A stretch of 64,000 bases of DNA from Octopus sinensis (GCF_006345805.1 NC_043008.1:70370001-70434000), one strand, 5' to 3'. Positions 1-13,069 are shown, counted from the stretch's first letter. The notes: generated by a model from the sequence alone, not told the origin. A program made the numbers and translations.

Positions 1-23
1 TATGGCAACTGAATAATTGTCAC

Positions 24-27
<4 letters not shown>
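1..27. mobile_element. Right terminal inverted repeat of a small MITE (cut by window edge), same family as 898-1008
   Basis: TATGGCAACTGAATAATTGTCACATAT closely matches the right TIR at 981-1008 (TCTTGGCTACTGAATAATTGTCACATAT). Confidence 0.7.
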
Positions 28-63
<36 letters not shown>

Positions 64-66
64 CAC

Positions 67-100
<34 letters not shown>

Positions 101-123
101 ATACATATATATATACACACAAA

Positions 124-205
124 GGAGTGGTTTTGCAATTAGTAGCTTGGTTACCAACCGCATGGTTCTGGGTTCAGTCTCACTGTGTGGCACCTTGAGC
201 AAGTG
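124..205 (+). mobile_element. SINE family A, tRNA-like head only (3' part lost in microsatellite)
   Basis: GGAGTGG...GGTTCAGTCTCACTGTGTGGCACCTTGAGCAAGTG matches the head of the full copies at 61478 and 63671. Confidence 0.8.
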
Positions 206-337
206 TGTGTGTGCGTATAAATATATATGTATATATATATATGTATAAATAAATATATATATATATATATATAAATATGTATGTATAAATATATATGTAT
301 ATATATAAATATAAATATATGTATAAATATATATGTA

Positions 338-382
<45 letters not shown>

Positions 383-755
383 GGCAAAATGTCTGTGTGT
401 GTGTCCTTTATACAAATCCACAATTTTTCAGTTAGAGGGCTCGCATTTTCTATGGTCATTCAAAACTATCCAAGGGTGGTCGTGTACGTCTTTACATTTC
501 CTCAGTCACCCACCAAGGTCATTGAAAAATCAATAGAAATGACTTTTTTGTGAATTTTCTATCCAAAACCAAATCAAAATGCCTGAAACTTGATACGCCT
601 ATCGAATGCCAGCTAGCTGTATGTGATTGGTCAGAGATTTGGATAGTACTCGTGTGTATGTGTGCATGTACGCAGCTGTATATGCATGCACTATCATTAT
701 GAGCCGGCAACATCGGGTCATAGTGCTGGTATATGTATAAATATATATGTATATA

Positions 756-803
<48 letters not shown>

Positions 804-900
804 CATACACATATGAGTATGAATATATATATACATATAGATCGATGCATATAATTATATATATCGAGATATATATATATATATATCTGTAAATATAATA
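200..900. repeat. Degenerate (TA)n/(TATG)n microsatellite field interrupted by a Helitron-like element
   Basis: Direct reading; source of the Y/I-rich ORFs in the track. Confidence 0.95.
368..729 (+). mobile_element. Non-autonomous Helitron-like element 1
   Basis: 5' TATATATATAAATGGCAAAATGTCTGTGTGTGTG (Helitron-type start plus GT tract; the 5' TC is blurred by TA repeats). 3' decayed hairpin CCGGCAACATCGG (704-716), then CTGG|T (726-729), fitting the CTRR-before-T rule. Confidence 0.6.
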
Positions 901-1008
901 TGTGACAATTATTCGGTAGCCAAGATAAAGCTCTGAGTTTCGGATGCCGATGTGGAAATCCACACCACCATCTCTTCAGTTCTTGGCTACTGAATAATTG
1001 TCACATAT
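898..1008. mobile_element. 111-bp MITE with 28-bp TIRs
   Basis: ATATGTGACAATTATTCGGTAGCCAAGA (898-925) is the reverse complement of 981-1008 with one mismatch; TA-rich flanks; partial second copy at 1-27. Confidence 0.8.
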
Positions 1009-1083
1009 CATTTTTACAGATAAATTCCTCTATTTACATAATATTGAGGTCTCCTTTTTTTGTTATCTTACCGTTTTTACCAA

Positions 1084-1114
<31 letters not shown>

Positions 1115-1123
1115 CATATATAT

Positions 1124-1353
1124 ACAATTGCAGCATGGAGGGCGTTTGTAAGCCATTTAAGAAAGAGACAAAAACCGTTTGATTCACTTCAACATTTAAA
1201 TTTTATTTTGTCAAAATTTTTTTTCAGTAAACAAGTCGCGGTCTCAAAGTGACAAAAATATTTTGACAAAATAAAATTTAAATGTTGAAGTGAATCTAAC
1301 AGTTGTTGCATGTTTCTTAAATGGCTTACAAACACCTTCCATGCTGCAATTGT
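1124..1353. mobile_element. 230-bp foldback element (about 100-bp imperfect inverted arms, about 30-bp spacer)
   Basis: ACAATTGCAGCATGGAGGGCGTTTGTAAGCCATTTAAGAAA...ATTCACTTCAACATTTAAATTTTATTTTGTCAAAAT pairs with ATTTTGACAAAATAAAATTTAAATGTTGAAGTGAAT...TTTCTTAAATGGCTTACAAACACCTTCCATGCTGCAATTGT. Confidence 0.85.
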
Positions 1354-1399
1354 TTTCGTTCCAGCACACGATCTCAGATCAAGTCACTTGCTATGCAAA

Positions 1400-1995
1400 T
1401 ACATCTCCGTAAGATATATATTTATATATATATATACATATATACATATATATAATATTTATATATATATTGATAGACAGATACATACATACGTAACATC
1501 TATATATATTTATATTTATACATAGATACATACATATATATGTATATATGTGTGTATATATGTATATATATATTTATATATCTATATATATATTTATATA
1601 TATATAATATATATATATATATATTATATATATATACATACATATTTATATATATTATATATATATATAATATAGATCCATATATATTTACAATAGATAT
1701 ATTATATACATATACTCACATATACTGAGTAGATCCTCTTGAATAATTATATTATATCCATATATATATATATTATATATATATAATATATATATCTATA
1801 TATCTACATATATACATATATATATACAATCTATACATAATATATAAATATATAATATAGTAATATATAAGATATATACATATATATATACATATATCTA
1901 TATAATATACTAATATCATACATATATATATATATATATATATATTGATATATATACATATATACATAAATATATATATATATGTATATATATAT
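1400..1995. repeat. About 600-bp degenerate (TA)n low-complexity tract
   Basis: Direct reading. Confidence 0.95.
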
Positions 1996-2101
1996 ATCCC
2001 AAATTAGGGAATGGAGTAGATAAAATCCAGGTTACATATGTTTCTTTGCTATCAAAAACCTGTAGCCAGGATTTTATCTACTCCATTCCCTAATTTGGGA
2101 T
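1996..2101. mobile_element. 106-bp MITE/hairpin with perfect 33-bp TIRs
   Basis: ATCCCAAATTAGGGAATGGAGTAGATAAAATCC (1996-2028) is the exact reverse complement of 2069-2101; pairing extends 8 more bp with 2 mismatches. Confidence 0.85.
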
Positions 2102-2334
2102 GTCTATTCACATATACAGCAACACCATTTGCTAACCTTGAACTATAAAATACTCTTTTCCCAGCTTATCATACTTCGATACAAGAAGCATTTGTAACCT
2201 TATAGGCCGATAGAACACTATTCCTGAAAGTTGTTTTTTACATCTTCTATGGGCTGCTTGAAACTCACTAACTTCCTACACCTTATAGCTTAACTTTACA
2301 CACACACACACATACACACACATATAATAATCAT

Positions 2335-2460
2335 CATCATCATTTAACATCTGTCTTCCATGCTGGCATGATGGTTTGACAGGAGCTGGCAAACCAGAGT
2401 ACTGTATGAAACTCCACTGTCTATTTTGGCATGGTTTTTATGGCTAAATGCCCTTCCTTG
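2335..2460 (-). mobile_element. Short 3' tail fragment of RTE LINE/RTE-tailed SINE
   Basis: Reverse complement ends ...CATGCCAGCATGGAAGACAGATGTTAAATGATGATG, like the RTE 3' end at 30001-30056. Confidence 0.7.
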
Positions 2461-3956
2461 TATCACTTGCACCCACAAACCTTTAATTGATTTGAAACTA
2501 TAGTAGAACACACTCATACATGGTACAACTCTAAACCCAAGACCATGTGCTTAAGAAGCAAACTGCTCAACCACATAGCCATGCTTGTTTCTATTTGTTA
2601 AATGATCACTGAATCATAACTAAATAAATAATATAACCATATCAAAACAGATTTATTTAATTTGATTTAGGATCGAATATTTGAGTAAATATAGAAATAT
2701 ATCCAGGTGTGGGACATAGATGCTTGTTATGAATTTCACAGAGAAATTTATCAAGGTGACATATGAATGAGCTCTTAAGCAGATTTAGAAATGAAATGAA
2801 ATAGATGTCAGTTGGGTAACATAGATTGTGCAAGCTCTGTAATAATATGCTGGGATTCTGGTTCTGCAGAAGAACTGGATTGAATATTGAATACCTATAG
2901 AACCTAAATTCTGCTTACTTACCTTTTCCTCATTTACTTAGTGTGTATATTATATATATATGTGTGTGTGTGCACAGACACAAATACATGCATATGTATA
3001 TATTTACGTGTGTGAGTGTGTGTTGTATAAATTCTATTCCCACTCTACCACAAACACCACAATACCCACTACTGCCACCACCATTATTTTCATTGCTGCA
3101 GCTACTACTGCTATTGCTCTTGCTGCTGCAATCTGTTTTAAAAGTGAGCCAACATTATTCAACAAGGCACCTTAATGCTTTCTCAGAACTCACTAGAAAC
3201 AGTAGCAAAAATTTCCTTTTAAACAATTTTGCTTTAACTTCATAGAAACAGAACAAATATTTTATAGAATTTAATTTTAAAAAGAATTTGTCTGCCTAAA
3301 AGAAAAATAAATAAATAAATAATAATAAAACCCCCAGAAAGGTCATAGGTCACAGTTCCAATGCTGGTCAACTATGAAACAGTAAACTGAAAATATAGAA
3401 TTCTTTTCAATAGTTAATCTATATTTTAGCCACTATACTGCAACCTATAATCAAAGAACATTTGTTATCAAATAACATCATTTCTGCTTTTACATCTCAA
3501 AACACCCTTTTCAGTCCTAATGCAGTTGCATGCCTCTTTCTGGAGATGAAACTTGTTTACAACAATATTCGATTCACATTATATAATAAACAATATGTAT
3601 TTTATTGACCCTAACTGCTTAAAACATTTTCTTCTATTATATGTTAAATCTATTTATGTCTATATTTCTGTTTGATTTTATTTTTAATTTTAAAAATGTG
3701 TTTTAATATATTTCATGTTATAATAATATTTTTTTCTTTCTTTTTCCTTCCAAAATAATAATTGAATTGAGTTTATTTCCTTTCAGGTCATATATTTATT
3801 TATTTAATTTTTTTAGGTCTATTTATTTAATCATTTTACATATACATACATGCATACATACATACATACATACGTATATATATATATATATATGTATATC
3901 TATGTATATGTATATCCATATATGTATATCCATATATGTATATGTATGTATGTATG

Positions 3957-3997
<41 letters not shown>

Positions 3998-4232
3998 CAT
4001 ATATGTATATATGTGTGTGTCAATTTACATTTATGTATTTCTTTGTTTATATTATTTGATGATAGTATAAATTTAATTATTCCTTTTTTTAATTATTTTT
4101 ATAATTTCTTATAAGTATTTTCACAAAAACCAAATGCAAAAATCTAAAAAAAGACAAACAAAAAAAAGTATTCCGGCCCCAGAAAATACAATAAATGTAT
4201 TTTAATAATAGTAATAATTTATTATTTTAATA

Positions 4233-4272
<40 letters not shown>

Positions 4273-5367
4273 TAATAATAATAATAATGATTTGTTTATT
4301 ATTGGCAGGATTCATCCATTCATGCTGTAGAAACACATATGAGAATGTTATCAAATGTGATGTCATAAATGAAACAAAGCTATATAAAAATGAGGAGGGG
4401 GTGATAAACTGAAAATTTTTATCATTTGTTTTGTTTGCTTACATTACAGATAATGAGTGACTAAATTATATTGGAAAACAGATAAAATTAAAAGTATTAT
4501 AATTAAAAGTAAATATACACACATGCACATCCACAACTCTGGCTTCATCTTTCTTCACAGTTCATCTAGGTGCTGAAAATTATTAGTGACTCTCAAGGAA
4601 GATGGGAGATAATTTTAAATAATTAAAAACTGAGTTCTCAAATTTAATGTCTGCAAAGCCAGCTCTTATCAGAAAAGAATTCTGTAAGAATACGGTTCTT
4701 TTCAGAAGAAAAATCAAAAATGTGTCAAAAAATTGCTTTATTTTTGTGTGTGTACCAGTCATCTAAAAACTCATCTCATTGATAGCCACTCATACTTTTG
4801 TATGTAGTAAAGGCCTGATAAACTTTAATCCTATAGCTTATTGCCCAACCCACCTCTTACCACCGTTTTCTCACCTTCTTCGTCACCATGTCTCACATTC
4901 TTCCCATGCATGATATTTGCTTCTCCATTCCTCCCAAACTCAACCCATGCAAACTACCCAACCACTTGTCCTCATCTTTCTCTTGCATCACCTCTATATT
5001 CTGTTACTCTTCCTCACCGTGCTTCATAGGTCACCTCTACTCCTTATTCACCATTCTTTGCATCCACCTATCAACTCTATTCAGTCTTTACAGTTGTCAC
5101 CTACTCTTCCCTCCCTACCACTTTGCATCCACTCACCCCTTGTTCACCACCTCATCCATTCCCCATCTCTCACTCTCCCATAGACGCCTGCCCACCTGCT
5201 TTCCTGGTTCTGTCCTAATCACTTTTACTCACCTTGTAGTTAAAGGATCCATCCAGTTTCCTCATCATTAATATTTTTATGTCTTCCCTGCTCTATCCCA
5301 AACACCTCAGGCAAGGTAATACTTTACCATGGTTAGATATCTTTTTGCAGAATACTGGAAATGTAAA

Positions 5368-5690
5368 GGCACATGGCTCAGTGGTTAGAGCATCAGGCTC
5401 ACAATCATGAGATAGTGAGTTCAATTCCTGGACCAGGCTGTGAGTTGTGTTCTTGAGCACAACACATTATTTCATGTTGTTCCAGTTCATTCAACAATAG
5501 AACTGAAATGCAATGTCACTGGTACCAAGTTGTATTGGCCTTTGCTTTTCCCTTGGATAACATTGGTGATGTGGGGAGGGGAGGCTGGTATGCATAGGTA
5601 ACTGCTGGTCTTCCTTAAACAACCTTGCCCAGACTTGTGTCTCAGAGGGGAACTTCCTTGGAAATGAATGACTGTTTGTATCACAGCGAC
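5368..5690 (+). mobile_element. SINE family C (tRNA-derived)
   Basis: Pol III box A TGGCTCAGTGG and box B GAGTTCAATTCC in a tRNA-like head, followed by a TGTGTTCTTGAGCAC core-like segment and a non-tRNA body. Confidence 0.75.
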
Positions 5691-5788
5691 TCACGTTTAC
5701 AATCATTATGCCAAGTCAAGGCTGGGAGATGCACGCATACATGTACACACACACACACCACACACACACACACACACAGTGCCAGATA

Positions 5789-5930
5789 GACAGAGCCCTT
5801 CTTTCAGTTTCCACTCATCAAATTCACTCACAAGTCTTTGGTTGGCTAGAGACTATAGTAGGAGATGCCACAAACTAGGACTGAATCCGAAACCATGCTG
5901 TTGGGAAGAAAACTTCTTGACCACACAGCC
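5789..5930 (-). mobile_element. SINE family A, 5' half
   Basis: Reverse complement resembles the family A head through GGAAACTGAAAGAAG. Confidence 0.75.
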
Positions 5931-7192
5931 TGGTCAGTGCCTATCATGATGTCTCTTTAATTTAGTTGGCTTCATTCTTTCATTTAACAAATATTTGTTA
6001 CAAATTTAACAGATGAATGGCATTCTTTATGTAAAAGAGGGAAAATAGATTGGTATTGCATCAAAGATTTGTTATACTTCCTCCTTTAGAATGCTACTGG
6101 TTCTACAGTTCCACATATTTTCTAATTTGTATTTCTACTTCAAAGTTCCTCAAGAACTATCACTTCAGCATTTATTCCTATTGTGTTCTTTGAGAATTTT
6201 AGCTATTCATCTGTAAAAAGGTATTTCAAGTCTTATGTAATAAAAATTTAATTAACATTAAATTAATGAAAATAATGGTAGAAAGAAATTTAATAATTGA
6301 TATAAGTTCAAGACAGATTTATATTTATAAATATTTAGATTGTATAATAAATTCAAAATTAATACATTTAGAAACTAGTTTTTATATTTATCGAATTACT
6401 GTTGAATTAATTGAATTAATTAAACTTACTTCAGAAAACGGAAAAAATATTGCATCATTATTTGTAAATTTTACAAGTAAATTACACACTTATCGCAATT
6501 GAATTGTCTCAGCAAATACCTTCTATGGTAACAGAGTTCATTATTCAGCATTATCATCATCATCATTATCACCAACAATATCATCATCACTATGTTCTAT
6601 GCATTGGACTGTTTGACAAAATTTCAAAGGTCAGAAGACTATGTCTTCCTCCAATGTTTCACTTTTGGCATTGTTTCTATGGCTGGATGTCCTTTCTAAC
6701 ACCAACCACTTTACACTGTGTACTGGGCACCGGCTCTGTAGAAGTTGCTTTGACATCAGAAAAATTTCTGAGTTCTAAACTTTACATTGTTGCTGTCAAA
6801 TCACTTACCTAACACTTGCAGTGTATACGGGTTACTTTTTGTGAAACCTGTACTGTTGGGAGTCTTCTTGCTCTTTGCAGAGCAAAACAGAGCATCTCAT
6901 GATGGAAAAGAACAGATCTGTTGAGGGAAGCTGGTGAGATTGAGCAATTCAACACATTGGTTATAAACAGACACGTCACTACATCAAAATGAAAATTAGC
7001 TTCTTTCTCTAAGACTGTTAATACATGACTGAACTTAAGAGAGAGGGTATCAAGTGTTATGAGACACAATATCAAAGACTGTACAAATCATCGTAAAATC
7101 AAAAGTTGGAGCTAATCTTTTAAAGAAATTACTACTGAAAGCAAAATTTAGGAATAACTTATTTATAAATCACTGATTGTATCCCACTATAG

Positions 7193-7245
7193 GATTCTAC
7201 AATATACATGGCAGGCATTTGATATTTTCACCCTCAATGTAAAAG
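7193..7245 (+). CDS. Weak candidate coding exon (53 nt)
   Basis: TTGTATCCCACTATAG| ... AATGTAAAAG|GTGAGT; only one open frame (xILQYTWQAFDIFTLNVK, ending in phase 1). No homology recognised. Confidence 0.2.
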
Positions 7246-7341
7246 GTGAGTATGGAATTAAAACTAGATGAGAGTAGAACATGTAATATATTTAAATATG
7301 GTTCACTTGTTTCTTAGTTTATGACATTAGGCTGTAGTTAA

Positions 7342-7558
7342 CCTCCTTTTTTAACCATATTTCTATTGAGGTACACTTTTGTTTCAATTCATTTTGAAAA
7401 CAAGGAAGGATTTACTAAATGGGGTATTTTCAAGCTGGTGTTTGAAATATAAATTAGCCTGAAGTTTTGATGGATGGGTTTCATTTAGATTTCCTTAAAA
7501 CAGGAGATTTATATCACAGAACCAGGGGTGTTTTATAGTGAGGTTGGTATCAAATGGA
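7342..7558. mobile_element. Decayed TTAA-flanked (piggyBac-like) MITE
   Basis: TTAA at 7338-7341 and 7559-7562; similar length and internal sequence to 44665-44880. Confidence 0.55.
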
Positions 7559-8351
7559 TTAATGCTATATGAGGGAAGAAATCATGGCCACTGACAGGGT
7601 AAATCAAATCTGTTGTGTTAAGAGTAAGAAATGAAGAGTAAATAAAGTCTTAGAATGAGTGATTGAAGAGCAGTGCAAGTATTGTTGTAAAAAATATATT
7701 GAGATGGTCAGTTTAGGTCAGTTTACTAAGAAATGCTTCAGTTAAACAGTTTCATTGTAAAACTTAAGTACTTCTGAATAAATGTGCTTTTCTTATTTCT
7801 GTGAAATATCAAGTAATGCAATTCTAAGTGAATCTGTTAGAAAGATACAGGATTGGGTGCGTGGGTAAGAAGGTTGCTTTACAATCAAATAGTTTGGGAT
7901 TCAGTTCTATTGTTGTGGCACCCTGGGTATATGTCATCATAGCGCCAGATTGGCAAATGCTCTTGAGAGAACTCAATAGATAGAAAGTGCGTGGAAGTCC
8001 ATTGTATAATTATGTGTGTGTGCCACGCACACACACACACACAAAAGTATTTTTCTCATTTCTATGGACATTAAGTAATGCATTTCTGAGTCAAGGAATA
8101 TTTCATGGCCTGTGTATGGTACTTGTGTTGCATATGTCATGGACAAAGTTGTGTATAGTTGTTAAGAAGAACTAATGTAGATGAAAAACAGTTAAGCTTT
8201 TCTGATGCCAATCCACCTGAGGCCACCCTGGTGCTGTGGTACAAACTTACTATTTTAAACTGACTTAAATTAAACACTTTCCATTGAGCTTTCATGTTAA
8301 CACATATTTCCAACATCAACTTAATACTGACAATATTATTTGAATAAAAAA

Positions 8352-8570
8352 AGGCACCAAGCTGGCAGAAACATTAGCATATCAGGTAAAATGCTTGGTG
8401 GCATTTTGTCTGTCATTACATTCTGAGTTCAAATTCTGCTGAGCTTGACTTTGCCTTTCATCCTTTCAAAGACGATAAATTAAGTACCAGTTGAACACTG
8501 GGGTCTGTGTAATCAATTTAGCCCATCCCACGGAATTGCTGGCCTTGTGCCACAATTTGAAATCAATATT
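8352..8570 (+). mobile_element. SINE family B (tRNA-derived, ATT-tailed)
   Basis: GCTGGCAGAAACATTAGCA...GAGTTCAAATTCTGC (box B)...GCCTTTCATCCTTT...AAGTACCAGTTGAACACTGGGGTC...GGCCTTGTGCCACAATTTGAAATCAATATT. More than 20 similar copies lie in the window. Confidence 0.9.
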
Positions 8571-9291
8571 AGTTTAAATTTGTCATTATTTATTATTCTC
8601 AAAAATTAATAGAAAAAAATGCTAAAATATTTCAATTAAAAATATATTAATTAACTAGCAAGAGGGATTTGATGTGGATGAAATTAGAATTACTTTTTCT
8701 TTCATTCTGAAGGTAGAACAGTCTGTTTTTGTTTCTCTCCACACTTACATCTATCTTCTTTTCACTACTTTCATTAGAATTAAATATATTTTCTTATTAT
8801 AAATCAAGGTTTATAATGAGTGGAAACTGCAATCCACTATCTACCTCAACTCATAAGAATTGGATAAAATGGATTTAATCCTAAACAAGTCACTGAAGAG
8901 AAGAAAGAAGTCAGAAAATGAAATTTAGAAATTTAGAATGTTTTGCTTTGAGGATGAGATAAAAAAAATCTTACAATTTCATCAACTTTAAATCATTTTT
9001 CATTCAATTGATTTCCTTCTAACAACTATATATAGCTCTATGATATACACAGCATAACATAGCAACTTTTATACCCACACTATGAATTTTCTTTTGAAAT
9101 ATATTCTTCCCTGAACCCAGTTGACTGGTAGTATCACTGTGACACCGACCTCTACTGAAGAGGCTTTGGAAGCTGAAATGCATATCAATTTAGTGTGTTT
9201 ACCAAAATATTATACGATATCAGTTAGATTTAGAGTTGAGGTTGTCCAAACAATGTATGTATATGCATATAAGTGTGCATTTATGTATGTT

Positions 9292-9358
<67 letters not shown>

Positions 9359-9388
9359 GTTTGTATGTAGTTATGGAACATGGGCATT

Positions 9389-9419
<31 letters not shown>

Positions 9420-10047
9420 GAGTGCATGTGTGTGTGTATAGTTATGTGTATACATATATTTATGTGTGTATGTATAAATATATGTGTGTGTGTGTAGTTA
9501 TGTGTTTACATATATATGCTTATATTCATAAAAGTGTGTATGTTTCTGCCTATCCAGATATATGTATATTTTTTGTAATGTGTGTAAGCTTTAGTTTCTC
9601 CTGCACTGCTCAGTGCATTGGATGGCAGTGTGTATTTATAGGTGGAACATGCACATATAAATACACAGAGGAAAAATTATTTCTCACATTCAATATACTT
9701 TTGGAATTTGTATTGTAAAAACTCCACAAAAGCAAAAGGTTGACCACTTATGTAAGGATAAAATGGAATAAATATGATCATAACATTTAAATACATGATT
9801 TTATATTTACAAGGTATATATTTGAGGTTGATGCAGTACAGTTATAGTAAGCAGCTTCTAACCAATGTACAAGAGGCTAAATTGGTAAATTTAACATAAA
9901 ATGGCAGAAATTGACTGCAGATTTAGCCTGACTGTGGCATGGGGTAAATTTTTCTAGACATAGATTTAAATGTTAAATGTGCATCTATTTTCATTGTGGT
10001 GCAGTAAAATCTGGTATGTCATTTACAATACTGTGTAATTCTGCGAA

Positions 10048-10265
10048 AATATTGGTTTCAAATTTTGCCACAAGGCCAGCGATTTCGGGGATGGAATAAG
10101 TTGATTACATCAATCCCGGTGTTCAACTGGTACTTACTTAATTGACCCTGAAGGGATGAAAGGCAAAGTCAACCATGGCAGAATTTGAATTTGGAACATA
10201 ATGACAGATAAAAATGTTGCTAAGCCTTTTCCCCAGCATGCTAACAATTCTGCCAGCTCACTGCT
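10048..10265 (-). mobile_element. SINE family B
   Basis: Reverse complement of the pattern at 8352. Confidence 0.9.
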
Positions 10266-10769
10266 GTATAGAGTGAAAATATTACCACTGTAGCTAATAT
10301 TAGCACCTTATGGGGCACAGTTTATTTACCCTCTGTTAAATTAACAAATTTAACCTTAGTATAATTTGTGTATGCCCCAGTACTAAGAAAAATTTTATCT
10401 TTATTTCTGCCTGTTCTTCCTAAATACACCTATTTAGTTTGATGTGAAATGCTTCATGTCACTTCTCAATACTTCATCATGATAATGTGGATTTTTATAC
10501 CATCTTATGTGGTAATGTTTATTCAAATATATGGTTTCAATCCACATAAAGGAAGTTGGATTCTGTTGTTTTATATTTATCGAAGGAAATACCTTCATTT
10601 GCATTCAATGTATACAAATGTAGCCCTGTGATGTGAATGCTTCTAAACATTATCATCGCAGCTATTTCATAATTTTGTAAATTCCTTTACAATAAAATTT
10701 CTTCTGTGCAAGTGTGTGTGTGTATAAGTTTGTGTACATGCGTATGCATGCATACACACTATCACATAC

Positions 10770-11100
<331 letters not shown>

Positions 11101-11905
11101 CACTGTACATCCATTTTTGTATATACGTACAGAGTGGACATGTCCTCCCCATCACAATATCATATATCATGATGCAGTCATACATCATCTCCTCCATGAA
11201 ATTCAGTGCCCTGAGATCACCCTTTACATCCCTTATTCCCAAACGTTCCTCAACATAGCTCTTCTGCCACTTTCTTACACATATATCATGTGACATTTCT
11301 TTGTCCAATCATCATCCTCTACACACACTTCATATCCTCCATACCTACACAACTTTCTCTTGACAACACTGTCAGATTTCTCTTTTATGCAGTTTTCTCT
11401 TGGACCATGAGTGCTTCATTGTTTATGCACATTATATCCCAAAATGCTGAGTAGTGCACTTGGTGTTATTTCTTACGTACATGTGATAATTCACATGTGT
11501 CCGTTAATTCATGTATATGTGTGTGCATGTATTTTAGAAATAGTATACTGTATCACTGCATGTCAAAAGTGGCAACAAAAATTGGTTGGCACCAGAGAGG
11601 GTATCTGGCCTAGAAAAAACTACCTTGAAAATTCTTGTTTAACCCATGCCGTCATGGAGTAGCAGATATAAAGTAATAATGATGCTGGTATACATTTTAT
11701 GTATTCATATATGTTCATGTGTGTGTATGTATCTATCTGTGTGTTTGTAACTCTGTACAAATATTTATAAATGTATATATACATACACACATACACATGC
11801 ACATAAATAAGTTTGCATATATTTATGTAGATATGTGTATGCATATATATATATATATATATAATGCATATATAAACATATACATTAATATCTATACAAT
11901 ATATG

Positions 11906-11942
<37 letters not shown>

Positions 11943-12067
11943 TTTATTTTATATTGTTCTCTTATCTTTCCTTAAATGCTACAATAACATCCTTCAAACT
12001 TGATGGCTTTCATTTAATTTCAGAAATGCCAAGTGTTTTATTTTCCATTTGCTGTTGTCTGCTCATA

Positions 12068-12070
<3 letters not shown>

Positions 12071-12127
<57 letters not shown>
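12071..12127. repeat. Pure (AC)n microsatellite
   Basis: Direct reading. Confidence 0.95.
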
Positions 12128-12131
<4 letters not shown>

Positions 12132-12452
12132 ATGAATTTTACTTATTCCTTTCTTAACTAATTTAAACAATTTTTCAAATTTGATTGCTGGAGTAGTTTA
12201 TATTTTGCAGAATATTGTGGAATTGTCACTGTCCTTTCTGAAATTACATGTACTATTATTGCTGTTGTTGTTGTAAATATAATCATTAAATTTTCATTTA
12301 TTTATTTATTAATAATCTTTATTATATTAATCTTATTATTAATATTATTATTCTTGTTCTTATTATTTTCATTAAGAGTCTTCATTATGTAAGATGTTAG
12401 AAGCCATTAATAGCCATTATTGTTATTATTATTATAAATATACCATTCTTCA

Positions 12453-12520
<68 letters not shown>

Positions 12521-12849
12521 TTATTATTGCTAATTATCTTCATTTCTGAATACCATGTCATAACATTTATGTGTATATCTGTTTGTATTTAATTTTATAT
12601 TTTCTTCTTTTCATGAAACAATCGAATTATTAACTGATTTTTTTTACACAAATATCTTCTTTTGTTTTTCAGTTTATGTTTGTAGGTGGGGGGAGGTTCT
12701 TTCTTTGTGTCTGTTTTTCGCTTCTGTCTTTATTGTTTCATAAAAATTGCGTAGTTTAAAAAAAAAGCCATGTTTTCTTTTATCAAAGCTTTATTTTATT
12801 TTTTTTTTAATTTTCTTTTGCTGTTTTTATATTTTGCTCTGCTTGTTAT

Positions 12850-13069
12850 ATAATGTGTGTGTGTATATATATATATATGTATGTATGCATATATATTTAT
12901 ATATATTTATGTGTATATATATATATATGTATATATGTGCATATATATATGTATGCGTATATATATGTATGTGTGTATATATATATGTATGTATATATGT
13001 GTGTATATATATATATATATGTATGTATATATATATTATACATGTATATATATATTATATATGTATGTC

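Noticed and set aside
29-963. Long Y/I/H/T/C/V-rich ORFs (also 10662-11258, 12747-13208, 26010-26549, 30620-31286, 39407-39967)
   Set aside because: They are translations of (TA)n/(CA)n/(TATG)n microsatellites, which lack stops by construction.
2917-2940. Strong minus-strand donor AAAG|GTAAGT
   Set aside because: No credible acceptor or open exon upstream; abuts a microsatellite.
4841-5271. Three overlapping Ser/Pro/His/Leu-rich ORFs
   Set aside because: Pyrimidine-biased strand of what looks like an old purine-rich retroelement relic; no recognisable domain or splice sites.
5310-5331. CCTCAG|GCAAG|GTAATA mini-exon
   Set aside because: 5 nt, not frame-preserving, and the same CAGCAAGGTAATA-type string is part of a SINE tail (63537-63551).
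5368-5440. tRNA gene (also the heads at 48828 and 61478)
   Set aside because: Box A/B are present, but no intact cloverleaf is evident and each continues into a SINE body found in multiple copies.
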